Shown piece by piece: positions 18,329 to 28,516 of a DNA stretch of 64,000 nt. The first letter of the stretch is position 1. Each line of letters opens with the position of its first letter. Origin of the DNA: a plasmid. The stretch lies in sequence record NZ_CP110904.1; one strand, written 5' to 3'. Below the pieces are notes generated by a model that saw nothing but the letters and a program-made list of their open reading frames with translations, was not told the origin of the DNA and did no database searches. The position numbers and the translations under genes were made by a program.

Positions 18329-21300
18329 GGATTATTTGATGAATTTCAGGGCGCTATTCCTAAGTATACAAAGAGTTTTAGGCATCTTCTCCAGTAGGGA
18401 GAATGATGTGGCTGAGTTAATAATGAAGGATGTTTCGAGTCTTTCACCATTTGCTCAGATTATAGGGGATCAGAAATACACTGTACCGGATCACCCGAAT
18501 CTTGAAGTCCTGAAATTCATTGAGTACCCAACTCGGCCAGCTGGGATACAAACGTTTAATGAGCAGTCTATTCTTTCTCTTTACAGAGATAAACTGCACT
18601 CAATCTCTATGATGCTGGCAATAAGTGATGGAGACATCCGTGAGGATGCCTTTACCTTCACCAATCTGGTTTTAAAACCATTGATTGAATACATCCGTTG
18701 GATTCATTTACTTCCTGCTTCAGAAAACCACCACCATAATGGTATTGGCGGATTGTTGTCACATAGCCTGGAAGTTGCAATGATTTCTTTAAAAAATGCC
18801 AATCATTCTGAATTGCGCCCAATTGGGTATCAGGATGAAGAAGTCATTCGCCGAAAAGTATATCTCTATGCCGCTTTTATCTGTGGCCTTGTGCATGATG
18901 CCGGAAAGGTATATGACCTCGATATAGTAAGTCTGAATCTGAATGAAACTTTAACATGGGCGCCAAGCTCGCAAAGCCTGCTTGACTGGGCACGTGAAAA
19001 CAATGTTGTCGAATATGAAATACATTGGCGAAAACGCATTCATAACCAACATAATATATGGTCAAGCGTTTTCCTTGAGAGAATATTAGATCCGGTCTGT
19101 ATGTCATTCCTCGACCGTGTCAAAAAGGAGCGCGTCTATGCAAAAATGGTTACGGCACTGAATGTCTATAACGATGGCAATGACTTTCTGTCCAAATGTG
19201 TAAGAACCTCAGATTATTATTCAACGGGAACTGACCTTAATGTATTGAGGGACCCGATAATGGGTCTGCGGTCGAATGATGCTGCGGCAAGAGCAATAGG
19301 TACCATTAAGCATAACTTCACCAGTATTAATATTAATAACTATAAATCCAAACCCATGCACATCATTATTGTAAACGGTGAAGTTTACCTCAATGAAAAC
19401 GCCTTCCTCGACTTTGTACTTAGTGATTTTGCGGCCCACAAGTTCAACTTCCCACAGGGGGATGCAGGTAAAACTGTACTAGTAGAGTCGCTGGTTCAAC
19501 GGGGTTATGTTGAGCCTTACGATGATGAGCGTGTGGTTCATTATTTTATTCCCGGGACATACTCGGAAAATGAAATAGCCAGCATCTTCCGAAACGGTAT
19601 CGGTAAGCTGGAATTTTATAATCTCCTGAAACTTCGCTGGATCGGGTTAATTTTTGACTCATATAAAATCCCGGATTCTGTTCCGGGCCTCTTCAGCGTT
19701 AATGCAAATAAAGATTTCATCTATATTGATGAACAGAAAACTGTAACAGAATACAGAAGGCCGGTCCCGGGTCGTGAGTCTGTTACCAGAGTAACGGACA
19801 CCGTAAGCGACGCCATTGAAGATACTCCACAATACGGACTCAAACTCGTGAACGGCCCTGATGCCGACAGTGTCAACGGTAAAAGCAGTGAAAATACTGA
19901 AGCCATCACAGAAAGTGTGGAGGCGGCTGGCACGGATAAAGCAACCGATATTATTGATCCGCAGGTTACTACGCCAACAGATACAGCCGGAACAGGCGGC
20001 TTGGATGAAAAGGAACGGGTAGAGGAACATGAAGAGCAGAGTCAGATGCGTCTGGTCGAGCAGCTGCATGAAATGCTTCTGAGCGCCCCACTGCCCCACA
20101 ACGCAGTCATTAATATTGATTCCGTACCTTACCTTAATCTCGATGCTGCTATTGCGTTAATCCCTGGTATTGATGAGGCGGCATTTTGTGATGGGCCCTT
20201 TTTCCAGCTGACGTACCGTGATGGATCACTGGATGGTATGTGGATAGTCCGTGACGTAAACAATCTACGCCTGATACAACTGGGGGATAACTGTGCTGGT
20301 ATTCAGGTGAGCACCTCGGAACCCCGAACCACTTCTACGCTGAAGTCGCTTTTTGATACGTCAATGTACCAGCCGTTGGATATCCCTGAAAGTCCATCAT
20401 TAAACGAAGCGGTTTCGCCCCCACAAACACCGCTTGATCTCCCTCCGGCGCGACTGAATACCCCCCAGGCTGTAGAGGCCAATTCGGTAGCTGAACAGAT
20501 TAACGCCCACTCCGAACCGGAGACCGTCACTGCTTCTGAGTATGAGCAATATGGCCACCTGCTGGAAGAAACCCTAGATAGCGATAGTGAGGCATATTCT
20601 GACTTTATAGTCGCCGACAACTCTGTGGTTGAACCCCCCCAGCCTGAGGCGAAAAATAGCGATGTCGCCGAATTCCATGATGAAACAGACCAGGTCGTTG
20701 CGCCCGGTAAATTGAATGATCCTGAGGATACCAGAGAGCCACCAGCTCCCAATACAACCGGGAAAGAAGTAATTTTAACAAGTCCTGTGTCATCACAGGA
20801 CCCTATAAAATCGGAACCCGCCGGGGAGAAAGCGAACCATCTATCTCCGGCCCTGGCTCGTCTGTTTGCGGTAAACACTCAAGCAGAGAAGAAGCATGAA
20901 AATCCGCCGGTCACGACTCCAGTGAAAGAAGCCTTTAATCGATCCAACTCTGCCACAGTTCAGGCTCCTATTGCCGTTGACCAACCTGGTGCAGAAGAAA
21001 AGGAGACACTGGAAGATTTTACCCTGCTAAGTGGCGGTGAAGTTACAGAACTTGAATACGTCGAAATTGCCACAATGCTTCACCACATTCTGACTAAGTT
21101 ATCTGGGTCGTTTAAAAGAAAGCGGAAAAACCGATTCATGGTTTTGACCCAGAACACCTTTTTTCTGACCCAGTCATGTGTTGAAAAATACGGGACGCAG
21201 TTAAATGCGCCTGAGCTTTTTAACCAGCTTCCTCAATACCAGGTCACCTCCGGCGCCATAGTCAATACAAAATGTTTCGCATTCAACATGCCAACTCTGG

Positions 21301-21374
21301 TAGCCGCATCCGACCGGGCAAAGGGAGATATTGAGTTAATCATTAACACACTTAAAGATGTAGGGAATCTATAA
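18297..21374 (+). CDS. traI: MOBH-family conjugative relaxase (HD-domain TraI-like) with an acidic low-complexity C-terminal half. The true start may be a downstream Met.
   Basis: HD-domain signature HHHNGIGGLLSHSLEVA ... GLVHDAGKV. It sits immediately upstream of the coupling-protein gene. The C-terminal region is Pro/Glu/Asp/Thr-rich. Confidence 0.55.
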   Translation: MLRNYLVNANKDYLMNFRALFLSIQRVLGIFSSRENDVAELIMKDVSSLSPFAQIIGDQKYTVPDHPNLEVLKFIEYPTRPAGIQTFNEQSILSLYRDKLHSISMMLAISDGDIREDAFTFTNLVLKPLIEYIRWIHLLPASENHHHNGIGGLLSHSLEVAMISLKNANHSELRPIGYQDEEVIRRKVYLYAAFICGLVHDAGKVYDLDIVSLNLNETLTWAPSSQSLLDWARENNVVEYEIHWRKRIHNQHNIWSSVFLERILDPVCMSFLDRVKKERVYAKMVTALNVYNDGNDFLSKCVRTSDYYSTGTDLNVLRDPIMGLRSNDAAARAIGTIKHNFTSININNYKSKPMHIIIVNGEVYLNENAFLDFVLSDFAAHKFNFPQGDAGKTVLVESLVQRGYVEPYDDERVVHYFIPGTYSENEIASIFRNGIGKLEFYNLLKLRWIGLIFDSYKIPDSVPGLFSVNANKDFIYIDEQKTVTEYRRPVPGRESVTRVTDTVSDAIEDTPQYGLKLVNGPDADSVNGKSSENTEAITESVEAAGTDKATDIIDPQVTTPTDTAGTGGLDEKERVEEHEEQSQMRLVEQLHEMLLSAPLPHNAVINIDSVPYLNLDAAIALIPGIDEAAFCDGPFFQLTYRDGSLDGMWIVRDVNNLRLIQLGDNCAGIQVSTSEPRTTSTLKSLFDTSMYQPLDIPESPSLNEAVSPPQTPLDLPPARLNTPQAVEANSVAEQINAHSEPETVTASEYEQYGHLLEETLDSDSEAYSDFIVADNSVVEPPQPEAKNSDVAEFHDETDQVVAPGKLNDPEDTREPPAPNTTGKEVILTSPVSSQDPIKSEPAGEKANHLSPALARLFAVNTQAEKKHENPPVTTPVKEAFNRSNSATVQAPIAVDQPGAEEKETLEDFTLLSGGEVTELEYVEIATMLHHILTKLSGSFKRKRKNRFMVLTQNTFFLTQSCVEKYGTQLNAPELFNQLPQYQVTSGAIVNTKCFAFNMPTLVAASDRAKGDIELIINTLKDVGNL

Positions 21375-23458
21375 TGGCAAAATCAAAAAGGACCAACCTG
21401 CACGCCCAGGAAAACTTTTACAGGCCGATATTGGAGTACAGAAGTGCCTCAGTACTTTTAATTTGCGCCATAATAATGCTGTTTATGGGGTTTCGATCAG
21501 ATGGGTTGAATATTGCCCCCATCATTTTGTATACCGCTGCCTTCATGCTTTTGGTTTGTTTGTACCGCTGTAAAACGGCATACCCTTATTTGATGGCGCA
21601 CTGGCGCGTGTTTCAGCGCCAGATTATGTTTATTAGCCTTAAATCGCTCAGGTCGATCAACAAAAGTAACTTTTTCTCTAACGAGCGAAAGTACCGCCAG
21701 CTGGTACAAGAGTATAAAAAATCCAACCGTCAGGTACCGGACAGAAAAACCTACTTCTGTAACGGCTTTGAATGGGGTCCCGAGCATGCAGATCGCGCGT
21801 ATCAAATTGCCAATCTCTCAAGCGATAAAAGAGAGATAGCCCTGCCATTTGCCCTAAACCCCATAGCGCGGCATTTTGAGGCGATGGCCAGATCCATGGG
21901 TGGCAGTAACGCCATTTTTGCTGTTGATAAACGGGCGCCAATTTTTGTTACCGAAGATAACTGGTTCGGCCATACCCTCATTACCGGAAACGTCGGTACC
22001 GGTAAAACAGTCCTTCAGCGGTTATTGAGCATCAGTATGCTGCATTTAGGCCACGTCATTGTGGTTATTGATCCAAAGAACGACGCAGATTGGCGGCAGT
22101 CACTTATGGATGAAGCGGCGGAACTTGGGTTGCCATTTTATAAGTTTCACCCTGCCCAGCCTTCTTCTTCAGTGTGTATTGATGTCTGCAACGCTTATAC
22201 CAATGTTTCGGACCTCACCTCACGCCTTCTTAGTCTGGTTTCGGTTCCCGGGGAAGTTAACCCATTCGTACAATATGCCGAGGCTCTCGTTTCAACTGTG
22301 ATCACCGGTCTGTCTTACACGGATAAAAAACCGTCGATATATCTCATTCATAAAAACATGAAAAGCCACATGGCAATCCTGAACCTCACCGTAAAAGTTC
22401 TGGAATGCTGTTATGCACGGCACTACGGGCCCGATGTATGGATGGAAAAGGTGAAATATTCTTCGAATGATACTCTACAAGTCCGCTTTAAGCGCCTTGT
22501 TGAATGGTTTTCTGCCCACTTCTTGAATTATGAAGGTGCCGAGCCCATTGATTGGATTGATACCGTCGGCCGGTTAGTAGATTATTCTTTGTCTGATCCT
22601 GAGCACATGTCAAAAATGACAGCGGGTATTATGCCGCTGTTCAGTCGTCTGACCGAACAACCACTGAATGAATTGCTTTCGCCGTCACCTAATTCACTCA
22701 CTTCGCGTGAAATAGTCACTTCAGATGGAATATTCAGTACCGGAGGTGTTCTCTATATCTCGCTCGATGGTCTTTCCAACCCGGAATCCGCCCGGGCTAT
22801 TTCGCAGTTGATAATGTCAGACCTGACGTCCTGCGCGGGTAGTCGCTATAACTCTGATGATGGTGATATGTCCTCACATTCAAGGATCAGTATTTTCGTC
22901 GACGAAGCACACTCCGCAATCAACAATTCAATGATAAACTTACTCGCTCAGGGTCGTGCCGCACAAATTGCATTGTTTATTTGCACGCAAACCATTTCCG
23001 ATTTTATTGCAGCAGCAAACGTTGAGACTGCAAATCGTATTACGGGTCTGTGTAACAATTACATTAGCCTGCGGGTAAACGACACCCCAACGCAAACGCT
23101 GGTTGTAGAAAACTTTGGTAAAAGTCCAATTAGTACAAATATGGTCACGTATACGACAGGATCAGAAACCACTTTGCCGCATAATAACTTCTCTGGTTCG
23201 ATATCAGAAAGAAAGCAAACAACGCTGGAAGAAAGTATTCCGAAAGAGCTTTTAGGCCAGGTTCCAAAATTTCATATTGTGGCCAGACTTCAGGATGGTC
23301 GTAAAGTCGTCGGGCAGATCCCGATTGCCGTAAGTGAAAACTCGATGAGACCCAATACAACATTATTGGAGATGTTCCTGAAACCAGCCGGAAAAGTAAC
23401 TTTGCGTCAGAATGTGGGTTTAGACTATTTAAATAAACATCTAAGGAAATTGCATTGA
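21374..23458 (+). CDS. traD: Type IV coupling protein (TraD/TraG-like ATPase).
   Basis: N-terminal TM segments, Walker A GNVGTGKTV and Walker B IFVDEAHS. It follows the relaxase gene. Confidence 0.7.
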   Translation: MAKSKRTNLHAQENFYRPILEYRSASVLLICAIIMLFMGFRSDGLNIAPIILYTAAFMLLVCLYRCKTAYPYLMAHWRVFQRQIMFISLKSLRSINKSNFFSNERKYRQLVQEYKKSNRQVPDRKTYFCNGFEWGPEHADRAYQIANLSSDKREIALPFALNPIARHFEAMARSMGGSNAIFAVDKRAPIFVTEDNWFGHTLITGNVGTGKTVLQRLLSISMLHLGHVIVVIDPKNDADWRQSLMDEAAELGLPFYKFHPAQPSSSVCIDVCNAYTNVSDLTSRLLSLVSVPGEVNPFVQYAEALVSTVITGLSYTDKKPSIYLIHKNMKSHMAILNLTVKVLECCYARHYGPDVWMEKVKYSSNDTLQVRFKRLVEWFSAHFLNYEGAEPIDWIDTVGRLVDYSLSDPEHMSKMTAGIMPLFSRLTEQPLNELLSPSPNSLTSREIVTSDGIFSTGGVLYISLDGLSNPESARAISQLIMSDLTSCAGSRYNSDDGDMSSHSRISIFVDEAHSAINNSMINLLAQGRAAQIALFICTQTISDFIAAANVETANRITGLCNNYISLRVNDTPTQTLVVENFGKSPISTNMVTYTTGSETTLPHNNFSGSISERKQTTLEESIPKELLGQVPKFHIVARLQDGRKVVGQIPIAVSENSMRPNTTLLEMFLKPAGKVTLRQNVGLDYLNKHLRKLH
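21661..21678. promoter_or_regulatory. Dispersed palindrome copy, intragenic in the coupling-protein gene.
   Basis: CAAAAGTAACTTTTTCTC. Confidence 0.5.
23389..23407. promoter_or_regulatory. Dispersed palindrome copy about 50 bp upstream of the 23455 gene.
   Basis: CCGGAAAAGTAACTTTGCG. Confidence 0.55.
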
Positions 23459-24561
23459 TGGACGAGCAAATTACTCTGACACAAAATCAAATTTTCAGTT
23501 CATCTCTGAAAGTCAGTAAAAGCCGTTCGCTTGTTAAACGGCGTATGCAGTCATTAGGCCTGAAGTTTGCCGATTCGCAGGATGTTCGTGACCGTCTGGC
23601 AGGGATTGAAAAAGGTGCTTTGAAATCTGTGGGGCAATTTTGCCATGACAACGATGCTGAGTCTTTATCAGCGCTGGCTATTATCCTTTCCGAGCTTTTT
23701 CTGCTCCAAGGGGAACTGTCCACCAGCAATGAATACGGTGACCATGAAACAAGTTACTGGTCCGTAGCTCAGGGACCTTGTGATGAATGGGTTCAGTCTC
23801 TTCTTACGAGCGAAGACGGACAGCGAAAATTTATTGGTTTTCGCATTACATTCGACAATTCTGAAGAGCGCCGCCGCCTTGTTGATAAAAATTCAAAAAT
23901 GCTGGGGAGTTATTTACTTCCCTATTTTGTCAATTTTACGAGTGCTGCATCGGCGTTTATTACGCTGCCTGACAGCGTCACGTTTAAACAAGTACAACGC
24001 AATAAGCCACTCATTCACCCTGAAACCACATTAAGTCACATTCTTACCATAGAAGACTCGGCGTTTCTCTCTCGTATCAAATTTAAACTAATCTCGGCGA
24101 TTGACCGCCTGCCCGACCCGACCGGGCTGTATGCCAATATGTTCAACCACATTATGGACCGGGCACTATTAACACACCTCGACCGGGAGCAAATTGATAG
24201 CCCTTGTGTGTGCAAAAAGGTCATCTCAACCTACGCAGACACCATGCTAACGCTCCCGGTATTTAATACAGGGATCACCGGGAGATACCGACACTGGACG
24301 CCCTGGGGGATTAATTTTGTTGAGTTTAGCCGTCAGGCTGCAAAGGAAAAAGCCTGTGTCTATGTTCCTGAACCCGGTCAAATTCATTGGAAAAGTCCGG
24401 AGCATAAGGAACTGGCTGAGTTCAGCCTGATCAACCACATAATCCCGCAGCAATACCACTGGTTGCTGGGTGTGCCAACAATCTGGCGAAGCCACTACCG
24501 TGACCATGGCGACCGATTAGACTTATTCAGGGAGTGGAGGGACGCAAATGGCTGCGGATAA
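23455..24561 (+). CDS. Hypothetical transfer-operon protein (TraJ-like by position).
   Basis: Coupled to the coupling-protein gene by an overlapping stop/start. Confidence 0.3.
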   Translation: MMDEQITLTQNQIFSSSLKVSKSRSLVKRRMQSLGLKFADSQDVRDRLAGIEKGALKSVGQFCHDNDAESLSALAIILSELFLLQGELSTSNEYGDHETSYWSVAQGPCDEWVQSLLTSEDGQRKFIGFRITFDNSEERRRLVDKNSKMLGSYLLPYFVNFTSAASAFITLPDSVTFKQVQRNKPLIHPETTLSHILTIEDSAFLSRIKFKLISAIDRLPDPTGLYANMFNHIMDRALLTHLDREQIDSPCVCKKVISTYADTMLTLPVFNTGITGRYRHWTPWGINFVEFSRQAAKEKACVYVPEPGQIHWKSPEHKELAEFSLINHIIPQQYHWLLGVPTIWRSHYRDHGDRLDLFREWRDANGCG

Positions 24562-25210
24562 TTCTGCACGGGCAGTATTCATCAGAGGACTGCTTTTTTT
24601 AGGGATGATGCTTTATCTTATTTATAGTCTGGGCTTCCAGAATACTGACGATCTAAAGCAACAAATCACTCAGGAGGTGAACGCCAGTCGTAGCCTCATT
24701 TCTAATGACCGGTGGTTGTCGGTTATTGCAAATAGTGAAGCTACTTTGTCGACTCTGATTAATGACTATAAGCTGATCGAATATCTGAATACGATACTGA
24801 TCCCGGAAACGACGAAACCTGCGCGTGGGCTGAATTACGTTGCAGAGAAGATGTCATCGGTAAACTACACTGTGGCAAAGAATCTCCCCTTGCTCATTTA
24901 TCAGTCCATTTTCCGCTGGAATCTGATACTCGGCTGGCTGATTGTGTTTTCACCTTACTTAATTGCTATGCTCGCTGACGGCATGTATCAATGGAAATTA
25001 AAACGTTACGTTTTCGGTAATGTAACCGTTCAGTTTTACAGGATCTGGTTCAGAGCCTTCTGGATAATTGGTGCATTAACCTTTGTTTACCTCTCAATGC
25101 CTAATATGTCTCTTTTTAACAATATCGCTCAACTGTTCCCCCCTGTCGCATTGCTGATATTGGGAATTGCACTCAACCGCTTGTGGTCTAACTTTCAAAA
25201 ACTTATGTAA
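24548..25210 (+). CDS. Polytopic inner-membrane protein.
   Basis: Several hydrophobic helices. It overlaps the upstream gene. Confidence 0.4.
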   Translation: MAADNSARAVFIRGLLFLGMMLYLIYSLGFQNTDDLKQQITQEVNASRSLISNDRWLSVIANSEATLSTLINDYKLIEYLNTILIPETTKPARGLNYVAEKMSSVNYTVAKNLPLLIYQSIFRWNLILGWLIVFSPYLIAMLADGMYQWKLKRYVFGNVTVQFYRIWFRAFWIIGALTFVYLSMPNMSLFNNIAQLFPPVALLILGIALNRLWSNFQKLM

Positions 25211-25222
25211 TAAGGTGGTCAG

Positions 25223-26404
25223 ATGTTTAACCGTAAAAATAAGAAGTCACCTGCCAATATCAAAGAATCGCTTGATGAGAACGCTGACCGTTTTTATAAG
25301 ATGTTCCGAATCCATACCACCTCAAAAGTGGTTATTTCCCTTCTGGCATTAGCAGCAGCAGGGGTTTCGGCCTTTAATATTTACGATAAGTATCAGGAAT
25401 CAGAAGGACGAATGGATCATATTGCCGTCGTGCGCATATCGGGAGAAATGGGCACCGGGTCAGAGGCCGGTGACGGTTCTGTGATAGCCGCAGCACTGGC
25501 AAAAGCGTACAACAACCCGCATGCCAAAGCTGTCATTATCGAGGCGGAGTCAGGTGGTGGCGGACCTTCAGACGCGATTATTATTTATCGCCAGATTAAT
25601 GCACTTCGAAGCCACCAGCAGAAGATTGAACGTATTTCACATGCGGAATCCGCAAGCAAGACCCGTAATACGGGTGATACCAGTGCTTCACGCTCGCAGG
25701 ACGATATCAATGCCGAACAATCGAAACGCAATACCCTGGAGGTCCTCTCCGCCGGGAGTGGCCGTTTCATTGCCGATATGGAAACCAGCTATAAGCCTAT
25801 TATCGTTAGCGTCAAAGGCATTTGTGCTTCAGCGTGCTACTACGCCGTGTCCCCTGCTGACGCCATTTATGCAGATAGCAGCGCTCTGACCGGCTCGATC
25901 GGCATACGAATGGATCACTGGAACCTGTCCCGCGTCATGGATACGGTCGGTGTTAAAAATGAGCCGCTCACAGCAGGGGAATTTAAAGCTGCACTCGACC
26001 CTTATCATCCGCTTTCCGAGGCCACCCGGGATTTTATGCAGAAGCAAATCCTGGATTCCATGCATGAAAAATTTATTTCGGACGTTGAGCAAGGCCGGGG
26101 TAACAAACTAATTAGCCGCCCGGAGGCAAATGCTGTCGCTCTGTATTCCGGCCGGGTATGGACAACGCAGCAAGCAATCCAGTACGGTCTCATCGACGGT
26201 GACCTGACACCAGTCGAGGTCCGTTCGCGTCTGTCTCAAATGTATTCGACCACTACATTCAAAACGTACAACGAGCCGCAACGATCGCTTCGCTCCGCGC
26301 TCGGTATGTTAATGAGCCTGTCAACCAACATCGAAACGCTGGCGGGCACAACCTCCCGGTTACTTGATTCTGTTCAGGCCACCAGCTATCCGACGGTGAA
26401 ATAA
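25223..26404 (+). CDS. S49-family (SppA/ClpP-fold) serine peptidase-like protein.
   Basis: N-terminal TM anchor. ClpP/SppA-like region VVRISGEMGTGSEAGDGSVIAAALAKAYNNPHAKAVIIEAESGGG with a candidate catalytic Ser in the SVKGICASACYY region. Confidence 0.5.
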   Translation: MFNRKNKKSPANIKESLDENADRFYKMFRIHTTSKVVISLLALAAAGVSAFNIYDKYQESEGRMDHIAVVRISGEMGTGSEAGDGSVIAAALAKAYNNPHAKAVIIEAESGGGGPSDAIIIYRQINALRSHQQKIERISHAESASKTRNTGDTSASRSQDDINAEQSKRNTLEVLSAGSGRFIADMETSYKPIIVSVKGICASACYYAVSPADAIYADSSALTGSIGIRMDHWNLSRVMDTVGVKNEPLTAGEFKAALDPYHPLSEATRDFMQKQILDSMHEKFISDVEQGRGNKLISRPEANAVALYSGRVWTTQQAIQYGLIDGDLTPVEVRSRLSQMYSTTTFKTYNEPQRSLRSALGMLMSLSTNIETLAGTTSRLLDSVQATSYPTVK

Positions 26405-26405
26405 G

Positions 26406-27134
26406 ATGGACGTGATCCTGATGGCGTGGCGGGTGATAGCAATAAGTATTATTGCCCTGGTACTCATTGTGCTTTATTGCTTGATGGGATTCGTATCGTC
26501 AGCCATTGCTGAACGCAGGACGGCCAAGCAAATTGAAGCGTACCTTCCTGATGATGCAGAAGGCCTTCTGAGCGATTTAACTCTGCCGGTTAGTGCCACT
26601 GGCACCACGCAGATTGATCACGTCCTTATCGCCTCTCATGGGCTCTACGTCATCGAGCAGAAGAACTATGCTGGAAAGCTCTATGGGAAGCTGGATGAAA
26701 GCCACTGGCGAAAATGGAAATCGTCAGGGACACTAAAGTTACAAAACCCGTTCAGGCAAAACTACGGTCACATCAAGGCCATTCAGTCTACATTACGCGC
26801 CAGCGAACTGGAGTGTATCAATGTTGTCATCATTAACGGGCCCTGCAAGTTTGAAGGTGAGAAGCCAGACTGGCTTTGCATGGGTATGGGTGATTTTGTT
26901 CGGAAAGTCACTGAGCGGCGCCAGTTAACTGTATTCAAGCCTGAGGCAGTAAGTTATATCCGTGGGGAGCTGAAGTTAAAGAGAAAGCCTCCTGGCCTTT
27001 ATACTGATCTGGACCATATCCACAACGTTACCACCAGATACAAAACAACTATGCGATTGGAGCAGCGTATTACCTATAACCTTTTGCGCTTTCTTCGGAA
27101 TCTACCGGGTAAAATATTCGGTTCGACAAAGTAA
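26406..27134 (+). CDS. NERD (nuclease-related domain) protein with an N-terminal membrane anchor.
   Basis: NERD signature IDHVLIASHGLYVIEQKNYAGKLYG. Confidence 0.5.
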   Translation: MDVILMAWRVIAISIIALVLIVLYCLMGFVSSAIAERRTAKQIEAYLPDDAEGLLSDLTLPVSATGTTQIDHVLIASHGLYVIEQKNYAGKLYGKLDESHWRKWKSSGTLKLQNPFRQNYGHIKAIQSTLRASELECINVVIINGPCKFEGEKPDWLCMGMGDFVRKVTERRQLTVFKPEAVSYIRGELKLKRKPPGLYTDLDHIHNVTTRYKTTMRLEQRITYNLLRFLRNLPGKIFGSTK

Positions 27135-27172
27135 AAAAAAGCCCTGCTAATTTATGCGGGGCTTTTTTATGG
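27135..27172. terminator. Bidirectional terminator between convergent genes.
   Basis: aaaaaaaagccctgctaatttatgcggggctttttt: a GC stem flanked by A and T runs. Confidence 0.55.
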
Positions 27173-27577
27173 ATTCAACACCGGAATATTTTGCCATGCT
27201 TCCTGCATAATTTGCATGACCTCCCCAATGGGTAGCGACGGCCATAAGACTGTGTCAGTCATGATTACGCCAACCGGCTCACATTCAATGGGAACCAGAA
27301 TTAAAATCACACGAGTCCCTTTAACCTGATACGCAAGATTAACTACCGCCTGTCTGTAGGTTGCCAGAACACCAGAACCGTACTCCGCTGGTTTGCTGGC
27401 CCAGTTCCGTACCAGAGCATAAGCCTGCGGCATATAACGATTATCCAGAACGCCCTGTGGCCGACGAAAAGGCACAATATCATCGGAGCGGTAGATAGTA
27501 GTGGTGGTTACGTTGGCCGTTGTCATTATTAAACTCCTCCCGTCCAACCCTATTAAATCTGAATGAATAGGGTTCAA
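27167..27577 (-). CDS. Hypothetical protein.
   Basis: 136-aa ORF convergent with the NERD gene. Confidence 0.3.
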   Translation of the reverse strand: MNPIHSDLIGLDGRSLIMTTANVTTTTIYRSDDIVPFRRPQGVLDNRYMPQAYALVRNWASKPAEYGSGVLATYRQAVVNLAYQVKGTRVILILVPIECEPVGVIMTDTVLWPSLPIGEVMQIMQEAWQNIPVLNP

Positions 27578-27613
27578 CTAACAGTTCCTAGTCGTGAAAA
27601 CTGGCTAGTGTAG

Positions 27614-27928
27614 CTAGAGTTTTTGTTCCATTTGTTGAGCTTCAAAATCTCTCGTTGCCTTCAATAATGAAGCGCCACTGTAGTACTCCGGTTCAGTAAT
27701 ATCATCCTCTTTATTCAACCATTGCGAGGCTGATTCATTGCCTGTCTTAACTGTACTCACATCGCTGCCTTGGTATTTGGGCAACATTACGGCATCCACT
27801 TCTTGATAAACGCCATTGCGTTTCACCAGGATTTTAACCGCTTTCGCTTTGCTGCGTTTTTCGCGCACTTTATTAACCAGATACAGCACGACAATCCAGC
27901 CTACCAGTACGTAAAGAAAAGTATTCAT
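27614..27928 (-). CDS. Small membrane-anchored hypothetical protein.
   Basis: N-terminal TM segment FLYVLVGWIVVLYLV followed by a charged tail. Confidence 0.3.
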   Translation of the reverse strand: MNTFLYVLVGWIVVLYLVNKVREKRSKAKAVKILVKRNGVYQEVDAVMLPKYQGSDVSTVKTGNESASQWLNKEDDITEPEYYSGASLLKATRDFEAQQMEQKL

Positions 27929-28088
27929 AATGCCCTCCTTTGTATGTGTCCATTATACCAGGTTCCGTCCCAGCCCAAATAGGTTCGGTGCATGAAAAAT
28001 AGACTTTCCCGCTTGAATCTGCAAATCACCTCCGGCGTGCCTTTGCTGCCCCGAGAGATATTTTCTTTCCGGATGCGTCTGACAGATT

Positions 28089-28107
28089 CAGAAAAGGTAC
28101 TTTTCTG
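28089..28107. promoter_or_regulatory. Variant palindrome CAGAAAAG-GTA-CTTTTCTG in an intergenic region.
   Basis: Perfect 8-bp arms. The flanks match the copy at 16921. Confidence 0.5.
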
Positions 28108-28240
28108 CACGACGGATTTAATTTAGATTCTCTGACTTCACGCCCCACCAGCCAGAGCCCACGGCCGCAACCTTTACGAAAAAAACCGTCAAAATTACCA
28201 ATGTCGATAGCTCCCCACCAGCGGACGCCTGCGAACAGCA

Positions 28241-28516
28241 TCAATCACCACCACCCCCACATCCGCCACCAGCGTCACCACCACCCCCACATCCACCATC
28301 ACCGCCTGAGGTATCGGGGGTAAAGAAGGAACCATTTCCGTCGGCAATCCCCCCTCTCTTACTATCCTGCGTATACCGACGCCCTTCGGTCTGGGAATGG
28401 CAAAGTGCCTTTTTATTACGGGCTCTCAAAAATAGACAGCAGAAAAGACATACAACCACATAGAGGGTTAAAACAATATGGAGAATCATAAGCACCAGTG
28501 AAATCCTGTGAGTCAT
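28241..28516 (-). CDS. Small membrane peptide with a Gly/Asp/Cys-rich repetitive C-terminus.
   Basis: TM segment LVLMILHIVLTLYVVVCLFCCLF then SGGDGGCGGGGDAGGGCGGGGD, encoded by a 27-bp tandem duplication (ccaccacccccacatcc...). It could be a non-coding repeat. Confidence 0.25.
   Translation of the reverse strand: MTHRISLVLMILHIVLTLYVVVCLFCCLFLRARNKKALCHSQTEGRRYTQDSKRGGIADGNGSFFTPDTSGGDGGCGGGGDAGGGCGGGGD

Noticed and set aside
288-20878. Numerous 60–190-aa ORFs nested antisense or out of frame inside the phosphatase, kinase, TraG-like, relaxase and other large genes (for example 288..659, 8249..8635, 9133..9522, 19659..20099, 20303..20878).
   Set aside because: They are fully contained within longer, motif-supported genes. 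They are typical six-frame artefacts of GC-rich coding sequence.
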